DNA of 40,933 nucleotides from Octopus bimaculoides (Eukaryota): NCBI RefSeq assembly GCF_001194135.2, contig NC_069005.1, positions 20,529,264 to 20,570,196 of the forward strand, read 5' to 3'. Shown piece by piece: positions 33,979 to 40,933 of this stretch (position 1 is its first letter; each line of letters starts with the position of its first letter). The notes under the pieces were generated by a model. It saw only the letters and a program-made list of their open reading frames with translations, ran no database searches and was not told where the DNA came from. The position numbers and the translations under genes were made by a program.

Positions 33979-34142
33979 TTAACATTAAAACAAAATGATG
34001 TTAAAAAATCAAATGACTTTACTACAGTAAGAAGTTTACCACTGAATGAAAAAAAAAAAACGGAAGAAAAAGATTACAAGAAATTAGTAATATTGTTTTA
34101 AAGAAAAGTTTCATTTCCTTTACTTTGAAGTTAGCTGCTGTA

Positions 34143-34309
34143 GGTGCAGGCCTGGCTGTGTGGTAAGAAGCTAGCTTCTCAACCTCATGGTTCTGGGATC
34201 ATTCCCACAGTGTGGTACTTTGGGCAAGTGTCTTCTACCATAGCCTCAAGCTAACCAAAGCCTTGCAAGTAGATTTAGTAGAAGAAAACTGAATGAAGCC
34301 CAATGTGTG

Positions 34310-34350
<41 letters not shown>

Positions 34351-34575
34351 GTGTGTGTGTGTCTTTGTGCCTATGTTTGTCCTCCCAGCTTAACAACTGA
34401 TGTTGGTATGTTTATGTCCCAGTAACTTAGTAGTTCGGCAAAAGAGACTGATAGAATAAGTACTAGGCTTACAAAGAATAAGTCCTGGGATCGATTTCTT
34501 GATTAAAACCCTTTAAGGTAATTCTACAGCATGGTTGCAGTCAAATGACTGAAATGTGTAAAAGAAGAAAAAGAT
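34143..34575 (+). mobile_element. tRNA-derived SINE (family C), full length
   Basis: ggtgcaggcctggctgtgtggtaagaagctagcttctcaacc...internal (TA)n(TG)n...gcagtcaaatgactgaaatgtgtaaaaga. Confidence 0.8.
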
Positions 34576-34937
34576 GAAAGACTATCTTTTTTTTATCTTT
34601 TACTTGTTTCAGTCGTTGGACTGTGGTCATGCTGGAGCATTGCCTTGAAGGGTTTCAGTTGAACAAATCAATATCAGTATTTATGTTATTTCTTTGTTTT
34701 TCTCATTCCATTAGTTTCATTTGCTGAATTGCTAGGTTACTAGGACATAAACAAACCAACACCTGTTGTCCAGTGGTGCTAGTAGAGTAACAAATACAAA
34801 CACAAAGACATACTCATAGTCATATATATATATATATATATATATATGGGAGAATATACAAAAAATAACAACAGACGAGGACAGGTGGTGTAAATAACAA
34901 AAGTATATATTAGTATGACGCTCGGGAATACGGAAAG

Positions 34938-34974
34938 TCTTTGACGTTTCGAGCTACGCTCTTCAACAGAAAGA
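34938..34974 (-). ncRNA. Minimal type I hammerhead ribozyme-like motif (Penelope-type), variant core CUGUUGA
   Basis: Minus strand TCTTT-CTGTTGA-A-GAGC GTA GCTC-GAA-ACGT-C-AAAGA: 5-bp stem I, perfect 4-bp stem II, palindromic ACGT stem III, GUC triplet. Confidence 0.6.
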
Positions 34975-35057
34975 ATACGGAGACAAGGAGAAAAACACGG
35001 AGAAAAAAAATTGGGCTGAAATGCATAAAAGAATAAAAGAATATATACATATATATA

Positions 35058-35579
35058 NNNNNNNNNNNNNNNNNNNNNNNNNNNNNNNNNNNNNNNNNNN
35101 NNNNNNNNNNNNNNNNNNNNNNNNNNNNNNNNNNNNNNNNNNNNNNNNNNNNNNNNNNNNNNNNNNNNNNNNNNNNNNNNNNNNNNNNNNNNNNNNNNNN
35201 NNNNNNNNNNNNNNNNNNNNNNNNNNNNNNNNNNNNNNNNNNNNNNNNNNNNNNNNNNNNNNNNNNNNNNNNNNNNNNNNNNNNNNNNNNNNNNNNNNNN
35301 NNNNNNNNNNNNNNNNNNNNNNNNNNNNNNNNNNNNNNNNNNNNNNNNNNNNNNNNNNNNNNNNNNNNNNNNNNNNNNNNNNNNNNNNNNNNNNNNNNNN
35401 NNNNNNNNNNNNNNNNNNNNNNNNNNNNNNNNNNNNNNNNNNNNNNNNNNNNNNNNNNNNNNNNNNNNNNNNNNNNNNNNNNNNNNNNNNNNNNNNNNNN
35501 NNNNNNNNNNNNNNNNNNNNNNNNNNNNNNNNNNNNNNNNNNNNNNNNNNNNNNNNNNNNNNNNNNNNNNNNNNNNNNN
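35058..35579. other. Assembly gap (N run)
   Basis: N run. Confidence 0.99.
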
Positions 35580-35936
35580 TATATATATGTATATATTCTT
35601 TTATTCTTTTATGCATTTCAGCCCAATAGTTGTTGCCATATAGAAAGATTGGTTTCCACATAGTTCCCATCCACCAAATTCATTCACAAGGCATTGGTCA
35701 GCCCAGGACCATAGTAGAAGACATTTGCCCAAGGTGTCACACAGTGGGATTGAACCCAAAACTGCATGGTTTCAAAGTGAGTTCCTTAACCACACGGCCA
35801 TGCCTAGGGGTGAGTTACATTTTAGAAGTATCTTCATTGATATAAACAACAGCAAGGGTGAGAAATTTGCTTTTAGAATCACTAATTAGAATATTACATT
35901 TAACAGCATAGAAACATTAAGAGGTAGAATACGTAC

Positions 35937-36108
35937 AAGCAATGTGAAGCAGTTAGAACATGTCTGTTGCTCAAAAGTGTGCCACCACAGGCATAAGTGC
36001 CATCATGGGTATCGAAGAGTAGATGGACAATTGATGGAAACTGACAAGGCTTAGCTGGTTTGCCAGCAACAATTTGTTCTTTGCCAGCAACAATTTGTTC
36101 TTTGCCAG
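35937..36108 (-). CDS. Secreted S1A serine protease, exon 2 (activation segment, catalytic His)
   Basis: tttattgcag|CT (phase 1) to TT|gtacgt (phase 2); 172 nt. Encodes AGKEQIVAGKEQIVAGKPAKPCQFPSIVHLLFDTHDGTYACGGTLLSNRHVLTASHC. Confidence 0.93.
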
Positions 36109-36204
36109 CTGCAATAAATGAATGAATGAATAAATAAATAAATATACAAATGAATGAATAAATATAAATAATAATATTTGTAGATGTATGCATAATGACG
36201 TACA

Positions 36205-36238
<34 letters not shown>

Positions 36239-36341
36239 CATACATACATACATACAAACATACATACATACATACAAACATACATACATACAAACATACA
36301 TACATACATACATCATACATGCATACATACATATATATATA

Positions 36342-36648
36342 NNNNNNNNNNNNNNNNNNNNNNNNNNNNNNNNNNNNNNNNNNNNNNNNNNNNNNNNNNN
36401 NNNNNNNNNNNNNNNNNNNNNNNNNNNNNNNNNNNNNNNNNNNNNNNNNNNNNNNNNNNNNNNNNNNNNNNNNNNNNNNNNNNNNNNNNNNNNNNNNNNN
36501 NNNNNNNNNNNNNNNNNNNNNNNNNNNNNNNNNNNNNNNNNNNNNNNNNNNNNNNNNNNNNNNNNNNNNNNNNNNNNNNNNNNNNNNNNNNNNNNNNNNN
36601 NNNNNNNNNNNNNNNNNNNNNNNNNNNNNNNNNNNNNNNNNNNNNNNN
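36342..36648. other. Assembly gap (N run)
   Basis: N run inside (CATA)n. Confidence 0.99.
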
Positions 36649-36657
36649 TGACGTACA

Positions 36658-36691
<34 letters not shown>

Positions 36692-36732
36692 CATACATAC
36701 ATACATACAAACATACATACATACATACATAC

Positions 36733-37004
36733 AGATTCAAGCCATCAATGGAACTGTAAAGATATGTAAAACTTTCCAAAAATTTAGCACATAAATACAT
36801 ATGCATGCATCTAGACATAAAAACGCATCCATAAAACAAACATACAAATCTGCGCATACACTAACACCAAATACTGCACACACACACATATGCACAAATA
36901 CCTAGATGATGTTGATAAACGTTCCAATGAAGGAGCCTTCAATCTATGTTAGAGTCCGGCTCTTTCTCTATGGGCAAGAAATACAGAAATGAAACTGATT
37001 GATA
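36733..37004 (+). mobile_element. RLE-type non-LTR retrotransposon extreme 3' end, inside a (CATA)n tract
   Basis: QIQAINGTVKICKTFQKFST* plus a 3'UTR homologous to the reverse complement of 16713-16960 (...ctctttctctat.ggcaagaaat...gaaa..aaactga). Confidence 0.7.
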
Positions 37005-37876
37005 ACATACATACATACATACATACATACATACATACATGCTTACATACATACATATATATTGAAAGATCAATACAGAAGACAGTGTAACAAGAAGCAT
37101 TTATTAGCACAACAATTGTTTCGGTCTCATATTGCCCTGCTCCCTACTGGGTATGGAACAATGCCTTAACATCAGATGCAATGCACAGTGCAAAAGAATC
37201 TCCTTAGGTGACATAAGATGTTTCATGAGATTTACATTTCGGTTTTGCTTCAAACTAAATGGTGAGAGATTCTACCAGTTCAGTTCCATTTGTTAAAGTG
37301 AGGAAGGTTTGGTTAGGAAGAAGATAAAAAAAATAAAAGCACAAAGCATCTATCATGAATTGGGTGGGGGTGTTAATATTTGTGGTCAAGAAGTTAGTGC
37401 AAAAGAATAAAAAATAAAAAATAAATATAAAGAATCTAGTGTATATGGAGGGGCATTAGATAGAATGGCTCAGTGTGTGTAAGCCTTTGATGTCTGGTGG
37501 CAAGGGCAGTCAAGTATAACACCATGGTCAGATTAAGGCCTTTAGACCTTGTGGCTGCCAACATGCACCTTAGAATTCCGGACATAGCTCTAAAGACGAA
37601 TGCACGGTATCACTGATGACACCTGGTAACCATAAATGGTGAACGTGATCTGCAGACACACTACCTGGGACTTACCTTGAAACAAGGTTTGGACACTGCA
37701 TTAAACACCTACTTTCTAAACCTTAATTCTTTAATTTTAAATTTGACTTATATATATATAATAATTATCCTGCGTTTGATAATTTAAAATCACTTCTTTA
37801 ACTTTCTAAAACATCTCAACGCTTCTAAAAGCAAAACTTCGTTTGTTTACGTTTGTCGTAATTTGAATTTAATAAC

Positions 37877-37904
<28 letters not shown>

Positions 37905-37907
<3 letters not shown>

Positions 37908-38120
37908 ATTTCCTTCTTGAGCCATGCCAGGCTCATAAGGGCCGGTTTCCCAGGTTGCTGATCCATCACAGGATTACTCATTTTTGCCAGCTGAGTGGAC
38001 TGGATCAATGTGAAATGAAGTGTTTTGCTGAAGAACACACCACATCGTTCGGTACAGGAATTGAAACCACAATCTTACAATCATGAGTCCAACACCCTAA
38101 CCACTAAGTCATGTGCCTCC
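37905..38120 (-). mobile_element. tRNA-derived SINE (family D-like head)
   Basis: Minus strand gtggaggcacatgacttagtggttagggtgttggactcatgattgtaagattgtggtttcaattcc. Confidence 0.65.
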
Positions 38121-39469
38121 ACTACATATATATATATATATAGACTGCATTTATTTTCTAAAATTAAGTTAGATAAATAAAATAATGATGAATACACACA
38201 TACTTGTACATGATAAACAAAATTAATAATAATAATAATAATAATAATAATGTAATTTACATAAAATTTCGAATGTTTCTGTGTGTAACTTTTGCCTCAT
38301 CCTGTATATATATATATATATAAAACACATAATTAACTTGTATCTAGAGATGATACCCAAGAAGGATGAAATAGGGATTTATGTGGTTACCAAGACCATA
38401 AGAAAAAAAAAAATTAAGAATTTTATTTTATGTTTTATATATAAAAAAAAGAAAGAAAATTAAAGGAGGTTTAAATTAAGAATTAATTATACAGGAAATT
38501 CAAATTTGTTTGAGAAGAAACTCTCTCCTCTTTGATAACAGGGACTACCTATGTGTTTTCACAGCTATAAACAAATATAGGCATGTAAAATCATATATAT
38601 ATATATCTATATATATATATATATATATATATATGACTATGTGTCTATTTCTCTATGTACCTCTCTCTCTTTCTCTCTATCTATCTATCTATATATATAT
38701 ATATATATATGCATACACGCACACACACACACACGCGCACACACACATACACACATATCACAAGTTAAATATATGTAATGACCATTATTTTTAACTTCTT
38801 ATTTATATTTCACATTGTGTAAAACCCAGTTTTTCTGGAGCCCATCCACAGACTTACAATTTAGAATTGTGATGAACCATAACCTTGGACCTTGCCACAA
38901 GAATATTTGGAGTTCTTCACTAATCTAAGTAATATTGTTAGTCTGGTGTGCCAACAGAGAGCTTATGAAGTATTTTGCATGGATTGATAATCCCTTACTA
39001 TTAGCTCTATATACATAGATGGTGGAAATCAAATTGTGACTGAACATGACAACTTCCTGATCTCAGTAAGTTTGTGAAAAACATTCTGAGAATTCAAAAT
39101 GTTTCAGTGCATAAATGCATTTTGAGTGGATAAAATGTTACTCAGAATTAAACTCACTTTTTAACACACTCAACTATAAAACCAGAAACCAACTGTACTT
39201 CAGAATATTTTGCATGAGATTACCTGTCCTAGAAAGAAGTTCTAATGAGAACTAGAAGTTCCTCACTCCCAGTGGGTTGTATACTAATTAATTCATAGTT
39301 TGGACCCTAAAAGGTGCTAGTACTCTGTGTTAAAATAGACTGGGAATAGTAGAGGTGAAGAAGTGGTTCCACACTGCTCAAAACTTGGGACTCCCATACC
39401 AAGGAGCCAGCACCGAATGCAGTTTAAAGTCATTACCATGTGTGTGCATGTGCGTGTGTGCATGTGTGT

Positions 39470-39503
<34 letters not shown>

Positions 39504-39581
39504 GTATGATGGAGAAATGATAGGAAAGGATAAAATAATAATAATTATAATTATTATTATTTTTTCCTTTCCTATATATGT

Positions 39582-39971
39582 TGTTGTTGTTGGCACTCTG
39601 TCGCTTACGACATCAAGGGTTCCAGTTGATCCGATCAACGGAACAGCCTGCTCGTGAAATTAACGTGCAAGTGGCTGAGCACTCCACAGACATGTGTACC
39701 CTTAAAGTAGTTCTCGGGGATATTCAGCATGACACAGAGTATGACAAGGCCGACCCTTTGAATTACAGGTACAACAGAAACAGGAAGTAAGAGTGAGAGA
39801 AAGTTGTGGTGAAAGAGTACAGCAGGGTTCGCCACCATTCCCTGCCGGAGCATCGTGGAGCTTTAGGTATTTTCGCTCAATAAACACTCACAACGCCCGG
39901 TCTGGGAATCGAAACTGCGATCCTATGACCGCGAGTCCGCTGCCCTAACCACTGGGCCATTGCGCTTCCAC
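39582..39971 (-). mobile_element. tRNA-derived SINE (family D), full length and little decayed, (CAA)n tail
   Basis: Minus strand gtggaagcgcaatggcccagtggttagggcagcggactcgcggtcataggatcgcagtttcgattccc (A box and B box), body, then gccaacaacaac. Confidence 0.85.
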
Positions 39972-40319
39972 TTTCCTATATATATATAATATATATAATA
40001 AACAACACACATATATAATATATAACATATATAATATACACATATACATGATATACTTAATAGACATATAACCATTTATATCATATTTTTTTTAAAATCA
40101 TGAAAGTAAGAACTTTGTTGATAGCTTTAAAACATATTGAAACAACAGATAATTCAAGAAGAAAGAGGTGCAAATTGCTGGCAGTGAAGGTGGGAACATA
40201 AAACTGAGAAGACAAGAAGTAATGAGCCTTTTAGTTATAGGGTATTAAAAGGGTACAACGTTTTTGTATTGAGGTTTCTAATTTACTACTTCTGGGTGAA
40301 TCAACAGAAATTAATGTGT

Positions 40320-40362
<43 letters not shown>

Positions 40363-40416
40363 TGTATGTGTATGTGTATGTAATATACATATATATATAG
40401 AACTTTATATATATAT

Positions 40417-40463
40417 NNNNNNNNNNNNNNNNNNNNNNNNNNNNNNNNNNNNNNNNNNNNNNN
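40417..40463. other. Assembly gap (N run)
   Basis: N run. Confidence 0.99.
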
Positions 40464-40589
40464 TATTATATATTTATATTTGTATATATAAATGTGTGTG
40501 TGTGAGTGTGGTTAGAAGTTTGCTTCCAAACTATATGGTTCTGGGTTCAGTACCGCTGTTTGGCACGATAGGCAAGTGTCTTTTACTGT

Positions 40590-40630
<41 letters not shown>

Positions 40631-40676
40631 TTGATGATAATGGTAATGATGGAATAAAATTTAGTGCTTCATTTAC

Positions 40677-40728
40677 CATTGGTGTAAGCCAGTGCCAAAG
40701 TGAGAAGGAAGCAGACTGAGGAAAACAT
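40677..40728 (-). CDS. Secreted S1A serine protease, exon 1 (signal peptide; absent from the ORF track)
   Basis: ATG at 40728 to G|gtaaat (phase 1); 52 nt. Encodes MFSSVCFLLTLALAYTN + A, a hydrophobic core with a T-N-A cleavage motif. The phase matches exon 2, giving 789 nt and 262 aa in total. Confidence 0.88.
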
Positions 40729-40745
40729 TCTAACAGAGATTGGAC

Positions 40746-40783
40746 AACTGAGATACCAAACACAGTCCGCAACTGTATTTATA
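40746..40783 (-). promoter_or_regulatory. Core promoter of the protease: TATA box (TATAAATA, 40783-40776) and initiator TCAGTT (+1 about 40749)
   Basis: TATA begins 34 nt upstream of the Inr adenine, and the Inr is 21 nt upstream of the ATG. Confidence 0.7.
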
Positions 40784-40843
40784 GAGCTTGATGCTTCCAT
40801 GGAACAATGAAAGTAACAGCAGCTGCGTTAGAAAGAGCTGCTC

Positions 40844-40844
<1 letters not shown>

Positions 40845-40896
<52 letters not shown>

Positions 40897-40933
40897 ATGG
40901 TGGTGGTGGTGGTGGTGGTGGTGGTGGTGGTGG
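40845..40933. repeat. (TAG)n-(TGG)n compound microsatellite at the window end
   Basis: Direct reading. Confidence 0.95.

Larger units (their letters stand above)
34590..35810 (-). mobile_element. Family C SINE in opposite orientation, interrupted at its (TA)n tract by a Penelope-like fragment and an N-gap
   Basis: 3' half at 34590-34830 (cttttacttgtttcagtcgttggactgtggtcatgctggagc); head half at 35640-35810 (gcccaaggtgtcacacagtgggattgaaccc...ccacacggccatgcc). Confidence 0.7.

Noticed and set aside
36195-36732. Repeated tgacgtacatacatac start on both sides of the gap
   Set aside because: The same microsatellite is probably assembled twice.
37100-37190. Minus-strand CTGATGT...GACCGAA-ACAATTGT-T with palindromic stem III, a possible fourth hammerhead
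   Set aside because: A9 is mutated, stem II does not pair convincingly and stem I is only 4 bp; at best a decayed relic.
1-40933. Recurring dispersed ~200-400 bp repeats as CRISPR-like or other prokaryotic features
   Set aside because: Eukaryotic intron-exon DNA; the repeats are dispersed SINE/LINE copies with no regular repeat-spacer period.

Overview
AT-rich, microsatellite-dense animal genomic DNA with five N-gaps. The SINE/LINE repertoire looks octopod (cephalopod) to me; this is an inference, not a database match. Two convergent protein-coding genes can be built by hand from GT-AG sites with consistent phases. (1) On +, the last three exons of a hemopexin-repeat protein, probably an MMP C-terminus: join(1266..1423,2927..3074,5552..5859). 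(2) On -, a complete six-exon secreted S1A serine protease of 262 aa: complement(join(25384..25542,26745..26893,29024..29158,32263..32384,35937..36108,40677..40728)). It has an intact His/Asp/Ser triad, a chymotrypsin-like pocket, a TATA+Inr promoter and a tandemly duplicated EQ-IVAG activation segment. The window also holds an intact tRNA-Val(CAC), a CpG-decayed tRNA-Val(AAC) pseudogene, and many dead transposons: R4/Dong-like and other RLE LINEs, RTE LINEs, Gypsy, mariner, Penelope-like fragments and several tRNA-derived SINE families. The least expected signals are three Penelope-type minimal hammerhead ribozyme motifs (two share a non-canonical CUGYUGA core), an RTE LINE insertion with the full twin-priming signature, and an RLE retrotransposon family found twice inside (CATA)n microsatellites.
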